From Sphyrna mokarran (taxonomy: Eukaryota), in NCBI GenBank assembly GCA_024679065.1, contig JAGIQG010000012.1, positions 25,854,001 through 25,918,000 on the forward strand: a stretch of 64,000 nt of DNA, in the 5' to 3' direction. The first letter of the stretch is position 1. Each line of letters opens with the position of its first letter. A program made the translations under genes and the position numbers. This document shows positions 1 through 11,646 of this stretch, piece after piece. The notes beneath the pieces are model-generated. The model was not told where the DNA came from, did no database searches, and saw only the letters and a list, made by a program, of their open reading frames with translations.

Positions 1-372
1 AAAGAAAATTACAGAACAAAAGGAGATTTTAACTAAACAAATGTACTCCCTTCAGATCCTCAGGGTGCAGTTCCCATGCTTGAGTGATACAGAGCTGTGA
101 AAGGGAAGGGAACATCCAGAGATCCCACACAAAAACTGAGCAAGTCAGCTGAAGACATTTACTAAACTCTCTGTAAACATAGCTAATGAACATTTATCCC
201 AAAACAGAAAATTTATTTCAGTGAGCATTGCGTAGCCACAGAACTTCTCAACACTTAATTCAAAAGCCAGTTTCATTTATCCACTTACACAGCAGACAGA
301 AAAGGTGCACTGTGTCTAGCAGCTTAAACCCAAAACAAGGAAGAGTGGGAAAAATGAGAACTCCTTTCTTAC

Positions 373-670
373 CTTGGGAGTAGGATACAGTTAATCGCAT
401 ACTCGAGAAGTTTTCACTGCATTAAATTGTGCTCACAGTCCAAGCAGCCACTGGTCCCTACCCCACTGGGAATTAACCATAACATTCCAGCCATGTCATC
501 ACACAATGAAAGGTGAATTTTACAGTATGTAAGAAGTCCTGGACCAAAAACGAATGATGTCATCCCTTCCTTATATGGGGCAGCATTGTACAACTTTACT
601 TTGGTCAGTGAGAAGGCGGAGTTTTAGCTCTGAGTGCAAAGCAGCTTGAACTAACAGAAGAAACCAGCTG
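373..670 (-). promoter_or_regulatory. Candidate internal promoter and non-coding first exon of a short FILIP1 isoform (SRF/TEAD/CRE/E-box cluster)
   Basis: Perfect CArG box CCTTATATGG at 569-578, CRE-like TGATGTCA at 555-562, MCAT CATTCCA at 483-489 and E-box CAGCTG at 665-670. A strong minus-strand donor AAG|GTAAGA lies at 373/372. The surrounding sequence has no recognisable repeats. Confidence 0.5.
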
Positions 671-1260
671 GAACAAAGCTTAAATCCTAGACTAGGCTAC
701 ACTTGTAATATTGGACAGGGAGTTTTTGGAAGGGGGGGCGATCTTCAACTTCATTCATATGCTGTCAATAAAAGTCAAGCTCTGTGTAATCCTAAAAATA
801 CTTGTAGTACTTTTAAAAACAGCAAAATGAGTTGCAGTTATTTGCTTCTGAAAACGAAAGTCACGTTCACATCCAGCCCCAACAGACAGAAAAAGGTGGA
901 ATTGATGTAATTGCTTATTTAGTTTAACTATATGCTTATGGGGTGTACATTTCTCTTACTTGTAATTGCTGTGTAATCTTTGATACCACAACTTTCAAAC
1001 AGAATTTGAGAATCTTTGATGCCACAAACACTGTTGTTTATTTTTTGAACTTTAATCTCCTAAAATGGCAAAAATATAAATACAAAGTATTTTCCAACTA
1101 AATATCTTTGAAATGCAATCACTATCATTTTGTAGGCAAACATGGTGGCCAATTCGTACACTGTAATATCCTTTGACAGTAAATGAAACGAAGAGTCAAG
1201 TACTTGCCTTTGGTGATATTGGCTGAGGGGGAGATGTCAACAAAGACCTTTGGACAACAA

Positions 1261-1466
1261 AAGCAAAATACTGTGGATGCTGGAAACCTGAAATAAAAAC
1301 AGAAAATGCTGCAAAAGCTCAGCACGGCTGGCAGCATCTGTGAAGAGGGAAACAGAGTTAACATTTCATATGATTCTTCTTCCATTGACTCAAAATTTTA
1401 ACCCTATTTTTCTCTCCACATGTGCTTCCAGACCTGCTAGGTTTTTCCAATACTTTCTATTTTATT
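1261..1466. mobile_element. Palindromic Penelope-type terminal-repeat relic
   Basis: Imperfect inverted arms (aaataaaaacagaaaatgctg...gcagcatctgtgaagagggaaacagagttaa versus ttaaccctatttttctctccacatgtgc...ctgctaggtttttccaatactttctattttattt). Resembles the common shark Penelope-derived fold-back repeat. Confidence 0.6.
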
Positions 1467-2419
1467 TGGAGAACACTTCTGTTCTTCCTTGAGGAGTGCT
1501 ATGCAATCTTTTATGTTTAATGTGACAGACAAATGAAAGACAGCTTTGGCATCTTGCCTGAAGAATGTACTGGAGTGCAAGCCGAGATTATAGCCAGATT
1601 TTTGAGGAGTTGTAAGACTCCGGAGGCATTTAAAAATAGCAGCTGGGATCTATCGGTGATACAGGATCATGGAATAGGGAACATGCCTACATCTGCACAT
1701 TTGACTTGGCCAGCTCAACTCCTAGCTCCCTGCACTTTTTATGAGATTGGGCCAGTTTCTCTGTGATTTGAAGTTCATGAGGCCCTTCATGAACCATAGC
1801 CTAACTTGGGGATCCTTTCGAAAGGTAAGGTCAAAAGGTTTTACCCATGGTCTCCATTCCAGTTCATGCCCCAACCCATTTCCAAGTTGGCTGAGAGCTC
1901 AGATCCCATAAAAGGAATAATTTCATTGGCACAGGTATCAAGAAGCAACAACGTTGCTTCAAAGTTTGCTTAATGATGTTATAACAAATTATTTTTTCTT
2001 CATCTGTTTTGTCAATGTGTCAGGTTTATTTGCACAAGATAAGCTGTACTCCTGTTACTGATAGTTTAAATATCTGGTTGAATGACACTTTTATAGGGTT
2101 GGAGTAACATCAGTATTTCAAGAAGATTTTGAATGGGTGTTTTAAAGCAGAACCATGCAATCCATTTTTACTAAAGGGTGCATTACTTGTAGATTATATA
2201 CAGGATGAATGAGCTCCATCGAAGTGCCATGAGTTAGCATGGAAAGCATAAAGGGTCATTAAGGTGGATCAGGGACGTGGACTGGCATGGAAATTATGAG
2301 GGGCCTATAGCACGGGAAGTGAGTGGGGGAAGGTGATGGGAGGTGAAGGGTGAAGTTAGAAGGCCTAAAATGTTAGCTGATATAGAAATGATGGGTTGAA
2401 TGGCTTCTTTCTGATCTGT

Positions 2420-2680
2420 AACAAAGAACATAGAAAATTACAGCACAGGAGGCCTCCAAGCATGCACCAACTATGCTGCCTGATTGAATTAAAACCCCCT
2501 ATCCTTCCAGGGACCATGTCCCTCCATTCCCATCCTATTCATGTATTTGTCCAGACACACCTTCAAAGTCACTATTGTATCTGCTTCCACTAACCTAGAC
2601 ACCCACCACTCTCTGTGTAAAAAACTTGCCTCATACATCTCAATTAAACCTTATCCCTCACACCTTAAACCGTTACCACC
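2420..2680 (-). mobile_element. Old CR1 3'-end fragment
   Basis: Has a tail-like motif (acaaagaacatagaaaattacagcacagg) and the CR1 end-of-ORF2 motif cccaccactctctgtgtaaaaaa. Confidence 0.6.
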
Positions 2681-3774
2681 TTAATCCAGACAAGAATGAG
2701 GTAATGCATTTTGGAAGATCTAATATAGATAGGAAATGATAGAGCCCTTAAGATATGATTCTATAGTAGACAAAAAGAGAACCAAGGTGGACCTTTTAAG
2801 TAGTCTGCCTTGGCACTTGGCTGCCCCTGTAGCCATCTCTGATCTGCTTTCATGGGCAGCGGACCCGACTCTATGTACACCCATCTTCTTGGAGGTAGAC
2901 TGGAACTACCTGCCTTGGTAGTTAAAAGCGGGCCCTGTATGTTCAACCTTGAAATAGGGATTCAGTATGTAATATCTGACTCAAAGATAGGAGGGTGATC
3001 ATCCCAGCTAAACTGACAAATAAATTTGGCATTTTACAAACCAGGAAAATTCTTAGAATTAATACCTGGTTTATGATGAGATAGCTGATTCTTATCAGAG
3101 TAACAATGGAGCAGTGTTAATGATCTTATGGTACTTTATGCGATGAAGGGGGAAATCGTCCTGAATTCACCTTTCTCTTTCCTAATCTCTCATTCTACTA
3201 TAACTTACTCTAAATTTCTTTACAGCACTTTTTTATTTGTTTGGAGAGTAATAAACAAAGACATTTGGACAAGGATTGTGAGCCATTTGGTTTAGAATTT
3301 GACAGTTTATTTTATGAGTGGGCTGTCTTGGAATTTACTAAAACAGGAACTGAGTGATTAAAATCTGCATTTTTCCCTCCACAACTCCTTACTGTGGAGC
3401 AACCAGTTATTCAGATTTTCAACATTAGCAGAGATGTAGATCTAGAAATGGTCTTACTGCCTGTCTCATCACTGTTGTGTGAAATTGGCAAAATCTGGGG
3501 TCTCCAGCTATTAACTACTTCTGCAACATCTGGCGCACAATCACAAATTACCATGATCCCACTGCAGTGAAGACAGAGAATATGGTGACAAGCCAAATCT
3601 CTATTCACTGCAGCGGAAAGGAAAAATCCCACTGGCATGAATGGTTGGAAAATTCTGGCACTGGTTTCTAAATGGCTGGAAATTGTTCTAATTGTTTTTT
3701 TTAGCCAACATAGAACCAGAACTTTTAAATGTGACTTGACTATATGATTTGAGGAACCAAGTTAAACTAATGGA

Positions 3775-5690
3775 ACCTGAATGCCCATTGGCATATGCCT
3801 CCACTGCTCTCAGAGGAAGGGAATTCCATAGACAAACAGCATTCTGGAAGAAAACAAACTTTCTACACCTGTCTTTTAAATTGTGTTCCCCAGTTCTAGT
3901 TTTTCTTGTAAGGGAAACATCCTCTCAGCAGTCACTCTGTCAAGTTCTCTTAGGACCTTAAGTGTTTCAATGAAATCATCTCTCATCCTTCTAAACTCCA
4001 ACAGATACAGGCCAACCTATCCAACATTTCCTCACAGGATAACCGCTTCATCTCAGGAATCTGTTGAATGAACATTCTCTGAACTGCTTTAATGCAATTA
4101 TGTCATTTAAGGAGACCAACACAGTACTCCAGATGTGGTCTCACCAACCCCCTGTCCAATGATAGCAAAACTTTCTACTTATATAGTCATTCCCTTGTAA
4201 TAAATGACAATATTATATTTGCCTTTCTAATCACTTGCTGTCCCTACATACTAACCTTTTGTAATTCACATATGAGGACATTCAGATCCTTCTGTACTTC
4301 AAAGTTTTCCAATTTCTCTCCATTTAAATAATTATCTGCTTTTTTTGTTCGTCCTGCCAAAATGAACAGGTTCAAATTTTCCCATATTCTACTCCATGTG
4401 CCAAACTTTTGCTCACTCGCTTAATTGAACCATATCCCTTTGCAGTGTCCTTATATCCTCCTTACAACTTACCTTCTTACCTATCTTTGTGCCATCAATA
4501 AATGCAGCAACCATATATTCTGTCCCTTCATTCAAGTCATTTATATAGTGTTATGAGGTTAGTGTTTGTAAAACAATTTAAAAATGCTAAGAGCAGAAAG
4601 CATTGCATATAATCTGTTTAAAAAGGTAGATTTTTTTTGCTACGTTTAGAGAGTTACAAGAGATGCAAGTGTGCGGTACACAGAGAGCATAGAGTGAAAC
4701 TTTGTCTCGCGAGCCTGGGTAATAATGCTGCCAAGACAACAGAACATGTGTTTGAATTTTAACTGATCGATTTAAAATAGGTTTTTGAATAGCAGTAGCC
4801 TATCAGATTTGAATTTTCTGTTTTGATAACTGGTAAACCAATCCTATTGTGGGGATTTTTGGTATATCATCAGGATTATAAATCCCATCTCCAGAGAACT
4901 GCTAGACAGCACCTGCCAAGTAACAGCTTAGTTCAGCTGTCAGAGAGAGAGAGAGAAAGAGAGAGATGACTAACAACTGTCTGCCAGTGTAACAGCCACA
5001 TCTATGTCTTAAAAGAAAGCCTCCTCTCAATCATAAAGATACCAATGAAAAAACAGAAGAAATCAACAAAGAAGGCAGAAGGTCCTGGAAGAGTGACTAA
5101 AGGTTATATATTTTTTATTTTTGTTAATAAGTAGGAGTTGTAATTATCTAAACTGTATTCCATTAGAATGTTGTTTTATTCAATTTGTTAATAGTTTAGT
5201 TAACCATTTACTGTTAGATAAAATGAAGTATTACTAGTTACTTTACAGACAGAGTCTCAAGTAGTTATTTTGATTTGACCACTACAAGTTGTTGAAGCAC
5301 AGATATTATTCTTTCTCACACACATTTTAACAGATTATGAAGGGAGGTACTTCTCTTTGAGTGGTTGAATGTTATTTCTCAGAGAGGAGGTCAACCTCTC
5401 TTTTGTAACAATAGATTATAAGTAGTTGAGGGCCCAGCACTGATCCACAGTTACAGTCTGAAAATTACTCATTTATCCCATCTGTCTGCTTTTTGTTTGC
5501 TTACCAATTCTCTAGCCATGCTCGTATGTTACCCTTTACACCAAACTTCTTATTTTGTGTCGCAACCATTGATGTGGCATCTTGTCAACTACCTTTTGGA
5601 AATCCAAGTTCACTATAGCTAGAGATTTCCATTTACTCAACTTGCTTGTTACTTTCCCAAATGATTCCAATAAATTAGTGAAATATTATA
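3775..5690 (-). mobile_element. Old decayed CR1 LINE (RT region to 3' end) interrupted by a solo LTR
   Basis: Minus-strand CR1 motifs (cagtactccagatgtggtctcacc, RPHLEYC-like). aagtcatttatatag at 4535-4548 resumes as atagattataagtagttgagggcccagcactgatcc (GSVLGP) after 5410. Confidence 0.8.
4549..5410 (+). mobile_element. Solo LTR (Gypsy/ERV-type), 862 bp
   Basis: TGTTA...TAACA inverted termini, a perfect 4-bp target-site duplication ATAG (4545-4548 and 5411-5414), an internal TATAAA near 4877 and a (GA)n tract. It cleanly splits a CR1. Confidence 0.88.
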
Positions 5691-5696
5691 AGGTAT

Positions 5697-6010
5697 AAGT
5701 CAGGAGTGTAATAGAATACTTTCCACTTGTCTGGATTAACACATTTCCAAAAACACTCAAGAAGCTCACACCATCCAAGACAAAGCAGCTTGCTCAGGTA
5801 GCACTCCATTTACCACTCAAACATTCATTTACCTCCCACCGTGGCTTCAGTGTATGGTATCTACCAATGGAGTACATGTACGGACTGAGACTTCAGCAAC
5901 ATCTCTGAAATCTGTGGCCCCTACCACCTAAGTTGGCAAGGGCATATGGCAACACAATCACCTCCAAGTTCTCATCTAAGCCATTCATTATCCTGGCTTG
6001 CAAATATATT
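5697..6010 (+). mobile_element. Old LINE 3' fragment (RTE/RTE-X-like), continuing at about 7140-7233 and 7949-7975
   Basis: Decayed motifs (acactcaagaagctcacaccatccaagacaaagcagc, and a ttgcccagtgatg|cccacattc tail) are split by later insertions. A similar tail occurs at 19340-19630. Confidence 0.5.
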
Positions 6011-7137
6011 GGGCAGAATTCTCCCCAAAAAAATTCTAAGTGTCGAATTTGCGTTAAAACTGGAATAATTCATGTTGTTTCTTCCAGTGAGAGTTCGGAG
6101 AAGAATATCCCACCGGTGTAAATATCATTAAATTTCAGGGCATACGATCTATTTCTACGGAGAAGCTGAAATCAGCAGACTGAGTGGGCTACTACACATT
6201 CACTGATCTGTCGATGCTGAGGTCGGCACACGCTCAGTGGCCCTGCATTGCCAACCTCCAATTATTGGTCAGCCCTGCAAGCCCCACAACACTAGCTATT
6301 TGATCCCCTATGGCTCGATTGCTTGCCCCCTTAACCATTCCCAGACTCAGCTCCAACCATCCCCCTTCACTGCCTGCTGTGATCTCCAGACCTCGCCCCA
6401 CACTTTGATCATCCCCCGACAGTAATAACACCGCCCATAGTCCCAATTGCCCCCTGCAGTCCCGCCCCTCCCTGCAGTCCTGCCCTCCTGCAGTGCTAAC
6501 CTCTCTTCCAGTAGCTGACTGCCCTCCTCCCCCCCAAGCCTGTCCCAATCCCTGATCTCCCTCCTTCCCCTCCCATTGAACACAATGCAGAGTGGCAATG
6601 GGACCCTCCCAACAATTCTCCACCAATTACCCCCTAGGCCCTGCCCCCTTGCTTGATGGGCAGTGTCAATGTTTCCCCTGGGCATTGCAACTTTGCATCT
6701 TGGACACTGCCAGGGGGCTCAGGTTGGCATTGTCAGAGTGACCAATGTCCAGGGGACACACCACTGCCCAACAGTTTGGAAGGTCCCGATTGCCCCCCTT
6801 CACTCCAATGGGGTCAGGTCGCTAACTTCTTGGAAGTGGGAAGCTACTGTAAACTCCGCTGGAGTGAAATATTCTGGTGGGAGGGGAGCTGCTAATGGGC
6901 CCAGAGACTTCAGTCGCTGGCCCTCTAATTGTATTTAAATTATATTGAAATGACCATGTAGTGATCTTTGGGCCTCTCCGCTAATTTCTTCTATGGAGTA
7001 GATGTTGCCAGAAATCCATTGCCGGAAGATACAAGTGGGTGTAAACACTCACGTGAACCTCATGAATCAACCAACACAACAATCACCTGGCCAGCTGCAT
7101 GAAAAATATTAATACAACGGGAAGGGAGAATTGTTCT
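6011..7137. mobile_element. Non-autonomous TIR (MITE-like) element with GC-rich interior
   Basis: Termini gggcagaattctccc and gggagaattgttct are imperfectly inverted. A related start sequence occurs at about 31515. The interior is C-rich and has no coding signal. Confidence 0.55.
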
Positions 7138-7233
7138 TTCAATGTCGTTTAGTCAAAATCCTGGAATCTCCTCTCTGATAGCTCTTTGTGCGTACCTAAC
7201 TCTTGCAAATAATTGTTGACTTGCCCAGTGATG

Positions 7234-7948
7234 TGTGTGACAATGCTATTAATATATTTTATGTATGGGGGAACTGCTTTATGATTCAGTGTCTTTCTGC
7301 AAGGGAGTCAGTTTGTCTGATAGGAATGTAGTAGACACTGAGAAAGCAAGATAACTCATTTTATCTAGCAATGTATGACTTTGTGGAGTTAATGCACTTT
7401 TGTTTACTTAGGTTCTCCTATGGATTAGACTAGGATGACCGAGGCATGTGATATTAGATTAATGAGAGGAGCTAGGCTATAGCAGAAAAGGCAGTTTCAT
7501 TTTCATTTTAAAAAGTGCTGTTGCTGGAGGGAGCGTTTAAAAATGGCAGCCTGAAGAAGCTGTCCCTTCACAGATCTCTCTGGAAGCTCCAAAGCTGCTA
7601 ACCGAGTAAGAGCAAGTATGCTTGGATTTGCAAACTATCTTTAAAGTGCGGTTAAGTCTAGAAGAGAAATATTGCTTAGTTGGAATTGTCTAGTGATATG
7701 TTAGCAGATAATAGTTGTTTCTTTTCATGTTTAATGTTTAAGAATTAAACTGTTTCATTTTATTAGAGTTATACTTAAACTGTGTTATGATTAAATTTGT
7801 TTTGATAAAAAAAACCTCTAATTTCTCAGTGGATTTACCCCTGAGGCAAAACATCCTTTCCTCATATTAATGACAAAATAGAAAAAATAGTTGTGGTCTA
7901 GTCTGGCTTCATAATGTACCTTGGGGTTTCTGATCTGGCATCCTAACA
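7234..7948 (+). mobile_element. Probable second solo LTR
   Basis: TGTG...TAACA termini flanked by atg on both sides (imperfect TSD). It interrupts the host LINE tail ccagtgatg|cccacattc. Confidence 0.6.
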
Positions 7949-8044
7949 ATGCCCACATTCTATGAATGCATAAAAAGAAGCTACAGATTATCCGTCCTCC
8001 CATTGCCAATACAGCCCTCTTGTCCTGGCCAATATTCGTCACGC

Positions 8045-8208
8045 ATACATCCCAAAAACAGATTATCTGATCATTATCAGATTGCTCTTTGTGGGAATAT
8101 GCTGGGCACTAATTGGCTATCAAATCCCTTGGAAACCCTATTTCATTGGTCATGTAGTACGTTGAGACATCTAGTGGTCATTAAAGGTGCTCCATAAATG
8201 CAAGTCTC
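8045..8208 (+). mobile_element. Deu-domain SINE relic (SacSINE/AmnSINE-like)
   Basis: ttgctctttgtgggaatatgctgggcactaattggct...ttcattgg...aaaggtgctccataaatgcaagtc matches the recalled Deu core plus L2-type tail. Similar minus-strand relics occur at about 1470-1600 and 20200-20340. Confidence 0.55.
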
Positions 8209-8310
8209 CTTTCTTTTTCTATCTCTTTCTCCTTTTCTCTTTTTCTTTCTCCCTCTTTAATGTCTTTCACTTTCTTTCTCTCTCACTTCCTTTATTTCTC
8301 TCTTTCTTTA
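8205..8310. repeat. Polypyrimidine (CT-rich) low-complexity tract
   Basis: Almost entirely C and T over about 100 bp. Confidence 0.8.
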
Positions 8311-9344
8311 CCAAAAACTGACGGCACCAGAAAAACTAACTCCAGTTCTTTTTTGGTGATGTGAAGTGCTTGGGTCACTTGGTTTCTGAACTGTGGAGAA
8401 ATCAACCTCCTTCCATGCAATATGTAACCTAAAATGAAATGAAGTATTTTCTTCTTAAGGAGTAAGAGGCATCAATAAAATAAAAGACTCTAATGTTGGT
8501 ATAGTGTAAGTTTTCACAAAGAAGGTGCTGGCTGCATATTGAAAAATGTGCCATTTTGTAATAAAACAAGACTCTGAACAAACTGACATCAGTTATTTAT
8601 TTACAGAGCATTACCTCATGCACTAATAAATCATCTCAGCTTTGGAAAAAGAGACAATCATTTTGTTTTTAAACACCTGAAAAATGAGGTAATGGTATCA
8701 GAGTGAGTGTGAGTAAGCTGCTGCACCCAGATACACTTTATGTGATAGAAACACAAACTATCACTCCTTTATTGTTAAAGGATCCAAAGATTTTTTTTGC
8801 AGTCGGTTTGATAGTCTATTTAGGTGATTCAGTTGCAAAGATTAAGAAAAAGGTTCAGGAAGTATTTCTGGAAAAAAACCCTAACAATTGAAAGCTGCCT
8901 GATTATCAGTCATTGCTGATATAATTTTGTAATGGTTCAGCAGTGAGTAATCATTGTTTACATTTGACTTGAACCTTTAGTTCCTAAGCTTTTATCCTCT
9001 GAAAATATAATAAAGGTTCCCCTGATAGCTTTATGGTCAAGGCAAATAATATAGTTGATTTCCCCTTTTGTGCTGTTTGATGATGGTTGAAGAGGATTTA
9101 CCCATTTGGCCTCAGTGCTTCTGGTTTAAGAAGGTGAAAATCGACCTGAATCTTTGCTCCTGACCTCTACTCAGTAATCATTGCTGGAAAAATGTGTTAA
9201 GAGAAGTTTATATTCCTCCCAAACCAAATAACCTGTGCAAAAAGACATAGAATCATAGAATGATAAAAAGAAACCATTTGGCCCATTGTGTCCTGGGCAG
9301 CTCTTTGGTAGAGTTACCTAATTCAGTCCAGACTCTGATTTCGT

Positions 9345-9520
9345 AGAACCATAGAAACCTTGCAGTATGGAAGGAGGCCATTCGGCCTCAAATCTATACC
9401 AAACTCAATCCCACCCAGGCCCTATCCCTATAATCCCACGTATTTCCCCTATTAATCCCCTGAAGTTAAGGGGCAATTTAGCACTGCCAATCAACTTAAC
9501 CCTCACATCTTTGGACTCCC
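9345..9520 (-). mobile_element. 5'-truncated HE1-like SINE
   Basis: Matches the 3' half of the SINE at 10085-10395. Confidence 0.7.
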
Positions 9521-10084
9521 CATAGTCCTATATTTTAAAAAAAATTATCCAGTTCTATTTTGAATGATGCTATTGAATCTGCTTACATCATGTTGTTTCC
9601 TTAGATAAGTGGTAGTAGATGTAGTGCATTCATTTAATGCTTCTTAGGCACACTTTATTTTCCGGAACATCGGCCAATGAGAACCTGCATCATTTTGGGC
9701 CCCCATGTTCTTGGGAACCCTGTTCACTTGTGATTCTGAAGAAGCTGTGTGCACAAGACCATTCTCTTATCTCATGTGTTGGGAAATGCTCATCCTCATT
9801 ACATATTCAGAATCAAAATTTTGATATATCTAGAATACACTCTTAAGGAAAGGAAAGAATACATCTTTTAAGAGGGATTTAATCAAATTCTGTGTAATAA
9901 TGTGCACGTTTGTTTGGAGGGGAGGTGCGATACTTATCAGGGGGTCACATAACCCATTGCAGTCAATGATGGAGAGGCAATTGTGTGGTAACATTTGGAG
10001 TCTGGAAGTCATGGAGTTCAGAAGCATTCTTATCTCTATCCTGTATATAGTTGTTTCCCTAATAAATCCCATATCAGTTTAAAT

Positions 10085-10395
10085 GTAGATAAAATTCCTA
10101 CATTGCAGAAGGAGACCATTTGGTCCATCAAGCCTGCACCAACAACAATCCCACCCAGGCCCTATCTATATAACCTTACATATTTCCCCTGTTAATCCCT
10201 CTGACACTAAGGGACAATTTAGCTTGGCCAATCAACCTAACCCTCACATGTTTGTGGGAGGAAACTGGAGTAGCCAAAGGAAACCCTTACAGACATGGGG
10301 AGAACATGCAAACTCCACACAGTCACCCGAGGCTGGAATTGAACCCGGGTCCCTGTGAGGTAGCAGTGCTAACCACAGTGCCACTGTACCGCCAT
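10085..10395 (-). mobile_element. tRNA-derived V-domain SINE (HE1-like) with CR1-type tail
   Basis: Minus strand has A box tggcactgtgg, B box ggttcaattcc, V core gtgtggagtttgcatgttctcccc and a CR1-like tail. Confidence 0.85.
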
Positions 10396-11177
10396 TTATC
10401 TGCCAAATTGGTCATCTTTACCTCAGTGACACTATGTCATTATTTGGAGAGCTGGTGTAAACATGATAGACCAAATGGCTTTCTTCTGTGCTTTAGGTAT
10501 TCTGTGGTACCTCACAATTATTACAATCTGGTTATATATTTGATTGAAGTTTATAAAAATAAGTATAGATGATCAGGATTGGTGCAGATGAGCGACATCA
10601 TATCACACACCTCGTTCATCCTGATATTGTAAATATTATCTTCCAGTCACACTCCTAGCTGCCTTTCAAATGCTTTTGCTGTTTTCACTTCAATTGCCCT
10701 ATATAATGACTATTTAAAATATTAACCAGTCTTAATATGTAGAAATGCTTGCCAACACAATTATTCTTTATGTATGAGAATCACTTGAAGTTTAATCTTA
10801 ACATCATTCAAAATTCATAGGCCAGACTTTCATGATAGATTTGGAAATCACAAGTTGGGCCATTTCTTGATGTCTTATTCCTGAGTTCTAAATGAACACA
10901 CATGAACATGTTATTATCCCACCAGAGAATGGGTGTCAGGGATACCACCTGCCACTGTAAGTCCAAAATGGCAATAGAAATAGGCTGAGGAATCTTTCTC
11001 CATTCACTGGCACATAAGCCTATTTTAGGGATGACTGTTCAGCCTTCTAGTCTTCACTCCCAACTTCCTCAGAACTCTAACCACCTCCCATGCCCCCCTC
11101 ACACCACCTCATTTCTCTCAAGCCTTCTCTATACTTAGCCATATCTTCCATGTCCCCTCCATCCAATACCACCCATA

Positions 11178-11646
11178 TATAGAACATAGAACATAGAACA
11201 ATACAGCACAGAACAGGCCCTTCGGCCTTCGATGTTGTGCCGACCAAAATAAAAAGCAATGCCCCTCCTAACTAAACCATTCCCTTCTCATCCATATACT
11301 TATCAACTAACCTCTTAAACGCCACCAAACTTGGCGCATCTACAACAGCTGCAGGCAGGGCATTCCACTCCCTAATCACTCTTTGAGTAAAGAACCTACC
11401 TCTGATATCCGTCCTATAACTCATACCCCTTAATTTAAAGTTGTGTCCCCTCGTGCTAGCTTTCTCCATCCTAGGAAAAAGGCTATCACTGTCCACCCTA
11501 TCCAAACCTCTAATTATCTTATATGCTTCAATAAGATCCCCCCTTAGCCGCCTCCTTTCTAACGAAAACAACCTCAAATCCTTCAACCTCTCTTCATAGG
11601 ACCTGCCCTCCATACCAGGCAACATCCTAGTAAACCTCCTCTGTAC
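11178..11646 (-). mobile_element. Young CR1 subfamily A, 5'-truncated
   Basis: ORF2 C-terminus QRRFTRMLPGMEG...VDKYMDEKGMV*, a short 3' UTR and a (TATGTTC)n tail. It is nearly identical to four other copies in the window. Confidence 0.95.

Noticed and set aside
6234-6938. Overlapping ORFs in a GC-rich segment
   Set aside because: These are by-products of the low-complexity interior of a MITE-like element and show no recognisable protein motifs.
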